Positions 50,018 to 59,536 of a stretch of 64,000 bases of DNA are shown piece by piece. The position numbers and the translations under genes are program-made. The notes beneath the pieces are model-generated. The model saw only the letters and a list, made by a program, of their open reading frames with translations. It ran no database searches and had not been told where the DNA came from. Numbering within the stretch: the stretch's first letter is position 1; the number at the start of each line of letters is the position of its first letter. The DNA comes from an uncultured candidatus Porisulfidus sp. (GTDB lineage: Bacteria > Pseudomonadota > Gammaproteobacteria > Poriferisulfidales > Poriferisulfidaceae), in contig OZ251520.1 in the NCBI GenBank assembly GCA_965242985.1, positions 1,794,235 through 1,858,234 of the forward strand, read 5' to 3'.

Positions 50018-50260
50018 TCAATCCATGCCCAGCGCCTTGCGCTCCCGGCGCAGGACCTCGGTCGGCGACGGCTCCAGCGCCAGCACCGGCTCAGCGCGGA
50101 GCTCGCGCAGGAATTCCTCCGGACTCGGATGGGACGAAGCCCGCTCCAGCTCCCGCCTGACGTACGCGGACATGGAAATGCCCTCCGCCGCGGCGCGGGC
50201 TTTCAGCCGCCGGTGCAGGGCGGCCGGGACGTTGCGGATCTGAATCGCTTTCGGCTTCAT
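50018..50260 (-). CDS. FitA-like ribbon-helix-helix antitoxin-like protein
   Basis: IQIRNVPAALHRRLKARAAAEGISMSAYV. Confidence 0.75.
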   Translation of the reverse strand: MKPKAIQIRNVPAALHRRLKARAAAEGISMSAYVRRELERASSHPSPEEFLRELRAEPVLALEPSPTEVLRRERKALGMD

Positions 50261-50261
50261 A

Positions 50262-50540
50262 TCATTCGCCACGACGGCCGGCATCCTTTGCGTCCCCGGC
50301 TTGAGGGGAAACGAAAAGGGTGTGGTAGCCCAAGGAAATCGGGCGGCGTCCGATCACTTGGATGGTGAAATCGCCGAGGCCGTAATTGTCGCACCCGACT
50401 TTATAGGCATCGCCGCAATCGTTGTAGATGCCCGCTAGTTCGCCGCGGTGCAGCAAGGCGGTGCGGCCCATGTGTTCAGCCTCTAACTTTTCTCTTGCAG
50501 CTTCATATGCCGCATAGTTTCCCTTGACCGGGTCGTTCAT
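50262..50540 (-). CDS. Small hypothetical protein (resembles DUF5678-type)
   Basis: NYAAYEAAREKL...MGRTALLHRGELAGIY...DAYKVG; GAGGT RBS and TTGACA-18-TACTGT upstream. Confidence 0.6.
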   Translation of the reverse strand: MNDPVKGNYAAYEAAREKLEAEHMGRTALLHRGELAGIYNDCGDAYKVGCDNYGLGDFTIQVIGRRPISLGYHTLFVSPQAGDAKDAGRRGE

Positions 50541-50704
50541 GTTTTCACCTCAGCACCATAGGATCAGCATAACAGTAGCAGTCATCAGCAGATTCTGTCA
50601 ACCGTAAGGACACATATAGCTTCGCAACAATCTAGCCCGCTAGCGCTGTGGCCAGAGCTGGAAATCCGGCTGCTGGAAATAAGGCCCCGGTAGTTGCAAT
50701 CTGG

Positions 50705-53245
50705 TCAGATATCGGCCAAAGCTTGCGGGAATTCTTCTTCCTTGAATACGAGGCGGAAAACACCTTTGGCAATACCATCCTGCACAGTCATGGTGCCGCA
50801 ATTAAAAGCATCTTGCAGCGTCTCCATAACTCGCTGCTTATATCTGGTATCGGGATTCCCCCGCAAGTGTTCCCCCTTAGTCTCGAACACCAGTACGCAA
50901 GATATCCCGTCAGTCGTCCGACCCATGGCCACAAAATCCGGCCATATCCGTTCTTTTTTCCAGCCGCGAAGATAATATCCCCCCTGCCTCACCGCTATTC
51001 GATGCCACCATTGTATGGCTCTTTGTTTGTCCAAATAACAAGCAAAATTGCGTTCCAGATCGGAGTCAAATTGACTCTTGAACACCGGCTCAAACAGACT
51101 AAGCTGCAGGTGTCGAAACTCCTCCCCCAACAAAGGTTCAGCATCTTGAGGCAGATTGACCTCATAACTTTCCCTCACCCCGAAATTACCGCCTCCAGCG
51201 CGCAAATCAACGCGTATTTCACCTCGTTGCAGTTTGTCACGGAATACATCCTCTGATTGCTTTTCCACTTCTTTTTGGATATGTTCCCGAAGTGCAAAAA
51301 CCAAAGAACCGCGCTTGTCGTGTATGGTCTCATCGGTCTCCCCCTGTTTACGCAACTCAGCAATCATGTCTTGAACGATGCGCACTCCCTGCCATGGATT
51401 GGGAACAATGTCCTGTACGCGGGTCACAAACCAAGATATCTTCAAGGTTTTGTCGACATATAAAGCATGGTCGCCGTGAAAAGTCGGCGCGCCAAAGCCT
51501 ACACTAACCATTTGCTGGCGAGCCGCATTGGCTTGCATTGGCTGAAGGTCAAGAGCTTCGATTTCATTCCAGCGTACTTCTGGAAGAATGTGGCGTACAT
51601 AGTCCAATTCCACCCAACTGCCATTTTCTCTGTGCAGTACTTTCGGCAGAAAAAGTTCGCGTCCTTGGTAAGTCGCGCGGCGCTTTATGGTGTAGCGTTT
51701 CATCGCGGGATCCCTCTCTCCGATAACCTTGTTGCCTAGCCCGCTTAAGCCTTCCTGTTCCAAGCCATTCTTGACTTGTTCCACAGCGGTCTGCACATCA
51801 CTGTTCCAACAATGCACATAACACTGGTCTAGCTTAGCCCGCCCGGTTCTGCTAGCGTATGGCTGACGCATCACTCTTCCCACTAGTTGTGTGATGGCCC
51901 GTTGTGCCGTGGTGTTGTCCAGCATTACCAGAAGATAAGCATAGGGACAGTCCCAACCTTCCATCAGTGCGGATTTGGTGATGATCCATCGCACTGGCGA
52001 GTAGCGCGACATCAAGTCCTCATGTCCTAACTCATCCCGCTCCGCAGATTTCACTCGCACTGCATCCGGAGAAACTCCCAAATACTGAATTAGGTGCTCC
52101 CGAACGTCTTCAGCGTGCACGTGCTGGCCATCCTGCTGGCCCCTGCCAGTACGTTCCACCCGCACTACTGCTATCGGACGTATATATCTGCCCTCCTCTT
52201 GGTCGAAAAGTTCGGCCTCTTCGGCCAGCTGCGCAAGTCGCTCATGCGCCTGCGCCAAAGTCGCTTGCCATTCCGTGTTCGGATACGATACCACCTGCAC
52301 CGGCAACTTGATCATCTCTTCTTTCTCCAACTCGGCGCCGCCGACATCCACCAGAAGATTGCTGATGCCGGGATGCGGCGTGGCCGACAACTCAATCACC
52401 AAACTCGGGTCCAGCCTACTTATGGAACGCGCAAATTCTTCTCTTTGGCCCCCTTGCCTCCCATATGCTTTGTGTGCCTCATCCAGCACTACCACCGGCC
52501 GCAACAATTTGAATACATTGAACAAACTCTGTTTGACCGGCCTACTCCGTTGAACTAGCCCATCAGCGACCTGATTAACCGATTCATCCTGCCCAACCGA
52601 ATCATCAGTGACGATCTCCAAGTCAGGATGACAAATCCGAAGCTTTTGATTTCCCGGAAGATCATCACTGTCCGGAAAGAAACTTGGATAGCGTCCGCTA
52701 TCTCGGAACATGCGTAGAAACTCCCGGTCCCGGTATCGATTGGCAGCAGGCAGCATCAGTAGCAATACGCACAAATAGTTTTCAGTTTGAGCAGCAGTAA
52801 ACACATCATCTTTCTCCAGCAGTTTTACTCGCCCACCGCTAGCCCGCTCCAATCTTTGCCGGTAAGGATGCTCTTTATTCCACAACGCTTTACGGGTCTG
52901 CGCGTAAATCGCTTTCGTAGGCACAATCCATAACGTCAGGCCGGTTTGCCGGTTCAGCTGCTCCAGAACTGCTGCCGCCAACAATGTCTTCCCGCCCCCC
53001 GTCGGCACCTTGAAACATACGTGCGGAATTGGACGGCCGGCATCATCAACACGACTAATGTATTCCTCTTGCGAGAGTTTCTTCCATGCTGCTTTCGGGT
53101 AGTTGCGGACATCTTCGGGGATTTCTACATCCGCCATCTCCAACGCCGCGACAGAGATCTCCGACTGCCTTTTTGACTTGGCCAATTCTTGCCACCAGCG
53201 CACGAATGTGTCTAGGGCCGCTGCTTGATATTCCTTGAGTTCCAT
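50705..53245 (-). CDS. res: Type III restriction-modification Res subunit
   Basis: VPTGGGKT (Walker A), VLDEAH, EGWDCP, C-terminal IWPDFV...VFETKG nuclease motif; TAATG overlap with the mod stop. Confidence 0.9.
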   Translation of the reverse strand: MELKEYQAAALDTFVRWWQELAKSKRQSEISVAALEMADVEIPEDVRNYPKAAWKKLSQEEYISRVDDAGRPIPHVCFKVPTGGGKTLLAAAVLEQLNRQTGLTLWIVPTKAIYAQTRKALWNKEHPYRQRLERASGGRVKLLEKDDVFTAAQTENYLCVLLLMLPAANRYRDREFLRMFRDSGRYPSFFPDSDDLPGNQKLRICHPDLEIVTDDSVGQDESVNQVADGLVQRSRPVKQSLFNVFKLLRPVVVLDEAHKAYGRQGGQREEFARSISRLDPSLVIELSATPHPGISNLLVDVGGAELEKEEMIKLPVQVVSYPNTEWQATLAQAHERLAQLAEEAELFDQEEGRYIRPIAVVRVERTGRGQQDGQHVHAEDVREHLIQYLGVSPDAVRVKSAERDELGHEDLMSRYSPVRWIITKSALMEGWDCPYAYLLVMLDNTTAQRAITQLVGRVMRQPYASRTGRAKLDQCYVHCWNSDVQTAVEQVKNGLEQEGLSGLGNKVIGERDPAMKRYTIKRRATYQGRELFLPKVLHRENGSWVELDYVRHILPEVRWNEIEALDLQPMQANAARQQMVSVGFGAPTFHGDHALYVDKTLKISWFVTRVQDIVPNPWQGVRIVQDMIAELRKQGETDETIHDKRGSLVFALREHIQKEVEKQSEDVFRDKLQRGEIRVDLRAGGGNFGVRESYEVNLPQDAEPLLGEEFRHLQLSLFEPVFKSQFDSDLERNFACYLDKQRAIQWWHRIAVRQGGYYLRGWKKERIWPDFVAMGRTTDGISCVLVFETKGEHLRGNPDTRYKQRVMETLQDAFNCGTMTVQDGIAKGVFRLVFKEEEFPQALADI

Positions 53246-54965
53246 TATCGTTGGTATAGCCCATAGGGTAGCTGGCAGAATGTAATCTCCATCTTCGTTA
53301 GTTCTCGCTGGCCGATGTACTTACCCGCAGCAAACACCACCGCCTCGCGTTTACGCGCAGCAATTTCTTTGGCCCGCTTCAAATTGAGCATCGCTTTCTC
53401 ACTGCCGAGCCACTCTAGATTGGGCTCATACAAAAGGTAATAATCGATTTCATCCTGCTGATAGAACGGATCGCCCTCCAGTTTTTCGGTTGTCGAGATG
53501 CCAGTAGCCGTGTGCAGCAGATACGCTGCCAATTCCGAATACGGCGGTAGAGTGCTTCCCGTCAGCATTTCTTCTGGGTCAATCGGCTCACCCAACGTGC
53601 AATAGGTGAAACACCCGCCCAATCCCTCGCGCAGAACTTCATCCCTTGCTTCCGGCACACCGCAAATCACTCGCCGCACTCTCTCCGCCGTAACGCTATC
53701 AGCATAATTTTCGCTTTCCACAAGAATAAACTGACGTTTGCCGTCATCTTCCTTGTTCAGCGCCAATACCGCATGCGCCGTCGTGCCGGAACCGGCAAAA
53801 GAGTCTAATACGATAGCGTCTTTGTCAGTCCCGGTCGCAAAACGCACGACTCGCTTGATAAGGTCTGTACGTTTGGGATTGTCAAATCGAATGCCGACTT
53901 TCTTTTTGTAAGACGCGGATTCGTTTGCTATCAGATCATTCCACAGTGAACCTATTATCCGACGGTCGGACGAGGGCACATAGTGTTCTATCGTGCCATC
54001 GGCTGATTTTCTTAATAGATCCGGCTTCTCAGGCGATTGCTGAAAATACCACTCGTCTATTGCCTGCTGGCTGGGCTCAGGGCCAATCTCTTCCAGCAGT
54101 TTTTCATAATTCCGAATCGCAATCCGGCTTTTTTCTTCTTTCCAGCGCCATTGCCCTTCTTCAGGCAGCTCGCCCATAAGTTCATACCGCATGGTCGGTC
54201 GATCCGTACCCCGCCAATGATTATTCCAACTGGATTCCCTACTTATCTCAATTGTTAAATGATCAAATTTGGATTCCGGATTCTTTGTGTAGCAAACTAT
54301 GTACTCTTGGCCGCTGTTAAGCCGTTCAATAGTTTCAAATTGCGCCTGCACATTCTTCACGCCACGTCGGACAATTATGATATTCCTGAAATTATCTTCG
54401 CCGAAAATCTCATCCATCAGCAACCGCAAACGGTGCTGTTCATGATCGTCAATGGAAACACAAATTACGCCGTCTTCCGCTAACAACTCACGCAACAACT
54501 GCAAGCGTGGCCACATCATGCACAACCACTTGTCGTGGCGCTCCAAATCTTCACCGTCCACTGGCTGGTTCTGTTCCAGCCACGTCTGCATCAGGGGGCT
54601 GTTTACGTTGTCGCTATATACCCATTTCTCGCTACCAGTGTTGTAGGGCGGATCAATATAGATGCACTTGATGCGGGCAGCATAATTGGGTAACAGTGCT
54701 TTCAATGCATGCAGATTGTCTCCATGCACGATATAATTGTCGCTTGTCGCTTGTCGCTTGTCGCTTGTCGCTTGTCGCTTGTCGCTTGTCGCTTGTCGCT
54801 TGTCGCTTGTCGCTTGTCGCTTGTCGCTTGTCGCTTGTCGCTTGTCGCTTGTCGCTTGTCGCTTGTCGCCACCGATTTGCCTGCATCCGGCACTAGCGGC
54901 CGATAAGGAACCGTAAGGTGGTGGGCGTAGATGTGTTGCTTGCCCTTGAAATCAAATTGCGGCAT
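53245..54965 (-). CDS. mod: Type III DNA methyltransferase Mod, frameshifted (phase-OFF) by a 7-bp SSR
   Basis: 5' part MPQFDFKGKQHIYAHHLTVP (ORF 54702..54965) and 3' part HGDNLHALK...IYIDPPYNTG...VLDSFAGSGTT (ORF 53245..54729) are in different frames; the 1721-bp span is not divisible by 3. Confidence 0.9.
54737..54869. repeat. Perfect tandem repeat (TTGTCGC)19 / (GCGACAA)19
   Basis: 133 bp = 19 x 7, counted from 54737 to 54869; lies inside the mod 5' coding region. Confidence 0.97.
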
Positions 54966-55050
54966 GGTGAGGAATATGCTCTCCCTAAATTATTCCAGCG
55001 CACAAACTGTCACGCTCTGGCGTTGAAGAAAGCCCAGTGCGAGAAATCTG

Positions 55051-55629
55051 TCAGTACGGCGACTCCAGCACCATCTTCATGGTGAACACCGCGGTCAGCA
55101 CCAGCACCGAATAGACGGCGCCCACGCCGAAGAAGATCACCCGCTTGTTCCGCATCATGTCGTCGTTGGTGGCCGCATTGACCATGATGAAGGTCGCGGC
55201 CGCCAGGTTGGCGCCGAAGAAGCCGTAGTAGGTGGCGACCTCGCCGAACACCGCCTGCTCGGTGAACACCACGTAGGAGCCCCAGGCGGCGAAGAGCGCG
55301 CCCGCGTAGGTGACGGCGCGCACGACGCCCGCCGAGATGCGGTCGGTGAGCAGGGCGGCCGTGGTCACGACGCCGGCCGCGGCCACCGCCCACCACCAGG
55401 CCAGGTGCGAGGCGTGCGGCGCGAACTCGATGCGCTTGAACATCGACACGGTGACGATGACGTAGAACAGGCCGATCAGCGCCGTGGGGAACCGCAGGAG
55501 CCACGGGTCGCGCTCGCGGTGGCGCTTGAAGAACATCACCATCCACAGCGCCGCCAAGAAATTGAACAGGCAGGCGCCGTAATACAGCACGCTGGCGGCG
55601 AAAGTCGGCTGCGCGAGGAATTCGTTCAT
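55051..55629 (-). CDS. Hypothetical multi-pass membrane protein
   Basis: 192 aa with about six hydrophobic segments; host-like codon usage. Confidence 0.75.
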   Translation of the reverse strand: MNEFLAQPTFAASVLYYGACLFNFLAALWMVMFFKRHRERDPWLLRFPTALIGLFYVIVTVSMFKRIEFAPHASHLAWWWAVAAAGVVTTAALLTDRISAGVVRAVTYAGALFAAWGSYVVFTEQAVFGEVATYYGFFGANLAAATFIMVNAATNDDMMRNKRVIFFGVGAVYSVLVLTAVFTMKMVLESPY

Positions 55630-55674
55630 AGGTCAGGTGCCGGGGGCGGGGCGCCGGTCGGGCGCCATTTTACC

Positions 55675-56748
55675 CTACCCGCGGGTCGCCTCCAGGTACG
55701 CCTGGTCGGAGACACGCACGAACTCCTTGGCCTTGGCCTGGAAAGCGCGGTAACTGTCGTACACGCGGCGGCTGAAGTCGTCGGTCGCCGCCACCTCCTC
55801 GGCCACCTCCAGCGCGTGCCGGCGCAGCTCCGCCAGGATCTCCGCCGGGTAGGGCCGCAGCTGCACGCCGTGCTCGCCCAGCAGCGCGGCCAGCGAATCG
55901 CCGTTGTGCGCCATGTACTCGGCCTGCATGTCCAGCCGCGCGGCCTGCGCCGCGACGCGCACGATCGCCTGCAGGTCGGCCGGCAATTGCTCGTAGGCGG
56001 CGCGGTTGACGGTGCCCTCGGTCACCACGCAGGGCTCCTGCCAGCCGGGGTAGTAGTAATAGTCCGCCACCCGGTGCAGGCCGAACGCCAGGTCGTTCCA
56101 CGGCCCGACCCACTCCGCCGCGTCGATGTTGCCGGTCTGCATCGCCACCAGCAGTTCGCCGCCGGGGATGTTCACCGGCGTGCCGCCGGCGCGGCGCAGC
56201 ACCTCGCCGCCGAGGCCCGGGATGCGCATGCGCAGGCCCTGCAGGTCCTCGACGCTCCGCAGCTCGCGGCGGAACCAGCCGCCCATCTGCACGAACGTGT
56301 CGCCGACCGGCATCGGCACCAGGCCGAACGGCCGGTACGCCTCCTCCCACAGCTCCAGGCCGCCGCCCTTGTACAGCCAGCCGCTCATCTCGCTCGCGGT
56401 CATGCCGAACGGCAGCGCGCTGAAGAACTGGAACGTCGGGCTCTTGCCCTTCCAGTAGTACGAGGCGCTGTGCCCCATCTGCGCGACGCCCTGCTCCACC
56501 GCGTCGAACACCTCGAACGCCGGCACCAGCTCGCCCGCGCCGTACACCTGCACCGTGAGCCGCCCGCCGGACATCTCGCCGATGTAGCGCGCCAGGGTCT
56601 CGGCGCCGGTGCCGAGGCCGGGGAAGTTCTTCGGCCAGCTGGTGACCATCTTCCAGCGCCGCGCCTCGTCGGCCCGCGCCGGCCCCGCCGCCAGCCCCAG
56701 TCCGCCCAGCGCGGCGCCCGCCGCGCCCAGAAAGTCCCTTCGCTGCAT
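55675..56748 (-). CDS. TRAP substrate-binding protein (TakP/FcbT1 type) with Tat signal
   Basis: MQRRDFL Tat motif; WKMVTSWP, GELVPAFEVFDAV, HSASYYWKGK, GLRMRIPGLGG, AAEWVGPWND. Confidence 0.93.
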   Translation of the reverse strand: MQRRDFLGAAGAALGGLGLAAGPARADEARRWKMVTSWPKNFPGLGTGAETLARYIGEMSGGRLTVQVYGAGELVPAFEVFDAVEQGVAQMGHSASYYWKGKSPTFQFFSALPFGMTASEMSGWLYKGGGLELWEEAYRPFGLVPMPVGDTFVQMGGWFRRELRSVEDLQGLRMRIPGLGGEVLRRAGGTPVNIPGGELLVAMQTGNIDAAEWVGPWNDLAFGLHRVADYYYYPGWQEPCVVTEGTVNRAAYEQLPADLQAIVRVAAQAARLDMQAEYMAHNGDSLAALLGEHGVQLRPYPAEILAELRRHALEVAEEVAATDDFSRRVYDSYRAFQAKAKEFVRVSDQAYLEATRG

Positions 56749-56782
56749 GCGCGTCGCTCCCGGTCGGTGAATGGGGCCGCGC

Positions 56783-58966
56783 TCAGGCGCGCGGCCGCGG
56801 CTCCAGCCGGGCGTAATCATATACCAGCCACTTGCGCCCGGCGCGCTCGAACTGCACCTGCACCCGCAGCTGCGGCGGCTGGCCCTCGTAGCCGAGCACG
56901 GTGCCGGCGCCGAATTTCGGGTGCGCCACCTCGGCCCCCGGCGCCGGCGCGTCCGCCGGCGCGGCGGCGGCGCGGGCGGGAGCCCGCCGCCGGGAGGCCG
57001 GCCCGCCCCGGGCGCGGGCCGGCTCCGCCCGCCGCAGGTGCTTCTCCGGCAGCTCGTCCAGGAACGGCGACGGGTCGCAGGCGGTCAGGCGCCCGGCCAA
57101 GCGCCGGGAGCCGGAATAGGTCAGCAGCAGCCGGCGCCGGGCGCGGGTGATGCCGACGTACAGCAACCGCCGCTCCTCCTCGTAGTCCGTGTCGTCGTGC
57201 CCCATCGGCAGCAGGCCCCGCACCAGCCCGCCGACCACCACCAGCGGGAACTCCAGGCCCTTGGCCGAGTGCAGGGTCATGATCTGCACCGCGTCGCCGG
57301 CGTCGCCCTCGCCGCGCTCGCCGGCCTCCAGCGCGGTCATGTCGAGGAAGGCGGCGAGCGCGTCCGCGCCCTCCTCCGCCTCGGCCGCGAAGCGCTCCGC
57401 GAACGCCCCGGCCGCGTCCAGCAGCGCCTCCAGGTTCTCGGCCCGCGCCTCGTCCAGGTTGCGGTCGCTCTCCCGGTACATGGCCAGCAGGCCGCTGCCG
57501 TCGAGCACCGCCGCCACCGCCGGCACCAGGTCGCGGCCCGCGACCGCCGCGCGCAGCTCCTCCAGCTTGGCCCGGAACTCCGCCACCATCCGCGCCGGGC
57601 GGGCGCCTTCGCGCGCCCGGCACCAGCGCGCGGCCGCCTCGTCCAGCGGCGCGCCCGCGCCGTCGGCCGCCGCCCGGAGCTGGGCCAGGGTGCCCTCGCC
57701 GATGCCGCGCGGCGGCGCGCCGCTGGCCCGCTCCCAGGCCACGCCGTCGCCGGGATTCGCGCACAGGCGCAGCCAGGCCAGCGCGTCCTTGACCTCGCGC
57801 CGCTCGAAGAAGCGCAGCCCGCCGTACACCCGGTACGGCACGCCGGCGCGGCCGAGGGCGGTCTCGTAGGGCAGCGACTGGCGGTTGGTGCGGTACAGGA
57901 CCACGCACTCGTCGCGCCGCCCGCCGGCCTCCGTCCACGCCTGCACCGCGCGCAGCGCGCAGCCCGCCTCGGCGTGCTCGTCGGTGAGGACGTGCAGCTC
58001 CACCGGCGCGCGGTCGGCGCGGCGGGTATGCAGGCGCTTGGGCAGGCGCGCGGAGTTGTGCGCGATCAGCGCGTTGGCGGTCTCCAGGATCGGCGTGGTC
58101 GAGCGGTAGTTCTCCTCCAGCGGCGGCAGCTCGGCGCAGCGGTGGCGCCGGCGGAACTCCAGCATGTGCTGCGGGCGCGCGCCGCGCCAGCCGTAGATCG
58201 ACTGGTCGTCGTCGCCGACCACGAACAGCGGCCGCTCGCCGCCCGCCAAGTGCCGGAGCCAGGCGTACTGCAGGTCGTTGGCGTCCTGGAACTCGTCCAC
58301 CAGGATGTGGCGGAAGCGCCGCCGGTAGTGGTCGCGCGCCTCGGCGCGGTCGCGCAGCAGCTCGAGCGCGCCGAGCAGCAGCTCGTCGAAGTCGACCAGG
58401 CCGCCGGCGCGGCAGCGGCGCTCGTACTCCTCGTACACCGGCAGGTGGGCCTCCTCGAACGGCCCCGACGGCTCGATGTGCTTGGGCCGCGCGCCGTCGC
58501 CCTTGCGCGCCGAGATCCAGCGCAGCGCGTTGTCGATGTCGCGCTTGCGGCGCGGCAGGCCGCGCGCGTCCAGGCTGCGGCGGAGCAGCGCGCGCTGGTC
58601 GCCGCGGTCGATGATCTGGAAGCTCGCGGGCAGGCCGGCCTCGCGGTGGAAGCGCGACAGCATCCGGCGGCACAGCGCGTGGAAGGTGCCGATCCACAGG
58701 CCTTGGCTCGGCTCCCGGCCGAGCAGCCGGTGGATGCGCTCGCGCATCTCGCCGGCGGCCTTGTTGGTGAAGGTCACCGCGAGGATCTCCCACGGCTGCA
58801 CCCCGCAGGCCGCCACCAGCCAGGCGAAGCGGTGGGTCAGCACCCGGGTCTTGCCGGAGCCGGCCCCGGCCAGCACCGGCGCGGACAGTTCCGGCGGCGC
58901 GGTGACCGCGCGGCGCTGCTCGTCGTTGAGGTCCTGGAGGATCGCGTCGGCGGCTTCGGGCGGCAT
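56783..58966 (-). CDS. uvrD: UvrD/PcrA-family DNA helicase
   Basis: LAGAGSGKT, VTFTNKAA, VDEFQD, VGDDDQSIYGWRGA, ENYRS, TLHSAKGLEF, EERRLLYVGITRA. Confidence 0.94.
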   Translation of the reverse strand: MPPEAADAILQDLNDEQRRAVTAPPELSAPVLAGAGSGKTRVLTHRFAWLVAACGVQPWEILAVTFTNKAAGEMRERIHRLLGREPSQGLWIGTFHALCRRMLSRFHREAGLPASFQIIDRGDQRALLRRSLDARGLPRRKRDIDNALRWISARKGDGARPKHIEPSGPFEEAHLPVYEEYERRCRAGGLVDFDELLLGALELLRDRAEARDHYRRRFRHILVDEFQDANDLQYAWLRHLAGGERPLFVVGDDDQSIYGWRGARPQHMLEFRRRHRCAELPPLEENYRSTTPILETANALIAHNSARLPKRLHTRRADRAPVELHVLTDEHAEAGCALRAVQAWTEAGGRRDECVVLYRTNRQSLPYETALGRAGVPYRVYGGLRFFERREVKDALAWLRLCANPGDGVAWERASGAPPRGIGEGTLAQLRAAADGAGAPLDEAAARWCRAREGARPARMVAEFRAKLEELRAAVAGRDLVPAVAAVLDGSGLLAMYRESDRNLDEARAENLEALLDAAGAFAERFAAEAEEGADALAAFLDMTALEAGERGEGDAGDAVQIMTLHSAKGLEFPLVVVGGLVRGLLPMGHDDTDYEEERRLLYVGITRARRRLLLTYSGSRRLAGRLTACDPSPFLDELPEKHLRRAEPARARGGPASRRRAPARAAAAPADAPAPGAEVAHPKFGAGTVLGYEGQPPQLRVQVQFERAGRKWLVYDYARLEPRPRA

Positions 58967-59069
58967 GGCGGAGCGGCGGTTCGGATGGCAGACGGGAAAC
59001 GGCGCGGCGATGCGCGGCGCCCATCTTAAGGCAGGGCGGATTCAGGCACGGCGGCCGCGCCCCGAAGCT

Positions 59070-59405
59070 TCAGAAGTCGCTCACCAATTCCGGCTCTTGT
59101 CGCCGAACCCGTTGCGGCAGCAGCGCCAGCCGGTCGTCAAGCCACGCCCGCTCCGTCCGCAGCATGGAAATGTCGGGCGCGCCCAGCAGCGGCACGCCGA
59201 CGATCAGCGCCGCCTCCAGCGCTACCCCGAGTTCGACCCGCAGATCGCCGCGCTCGATCTTCCGCAGAGTGCCCCGGCTGATCCCGACCCGTTCCGCGAG
59301 CTCGCGCTCCGGCATGCGCTGCTCTTTCCGGCCGGCGCGGATGCGCTTGCCCAGCAGTTCCGCCACCAGCTTGGTGACCCGGGAATGAGCGCGAACCCGC
59401 TTCAT
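59070..59405 (-). CDS. XRE-family HTH regulator (HipB-like)
   Basis: IRAGRKEQRMPERELAERVGISRGTLRKIERGD; GGGGG SD-like upstream. Confidence 0.88.
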   Translation of the reverse strand: MKRVRAHSRVTKLVAELLGKRIRAGRKEQRMPERELAERVGISRGTLRKIERGDLRVELGVALEAALIVGVPLLGAPDISMLRTERAWLDDRLALLPQRVRRQEPELVSDF

Positions 59406-59485
59406 GGCATCCCCCTCCCGCCGCGATAAGAGCGCATTTCAGCGCCCCCACCGTATCACAAAAATGTATTTTCTAATAGCCACTA

Positions 59486-59503
59486 AATGACTTTATGGTC
59501 ATT
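59486..59503. promoter_or_regulatory. Palindromic operator candidate AATGAC-N6-GTCATT
   Basis: 6-bp inverted repeat in the AT-rich spacer between the hipA stop and the XRE start. Confidence 0.45.
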
Positions 59504-59536
59504 ATAATGAACAAATTCAGATGGCGAACAAGGACT

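Noticed and set aside
54737-54869. Possible CRISPR array or telomere-like repeat
   Set aside because: No spacers and no cas genes; it is a simple tandem repeat inside a coding sequence.
54653-54906. Short ORFs encoding ATSDKRQ or LSLVACR repeats in other frames
   Set aside because: Just the 7-bp SSR read in alternative frames; only the frame starting MPQFDFKGK is meaningful.
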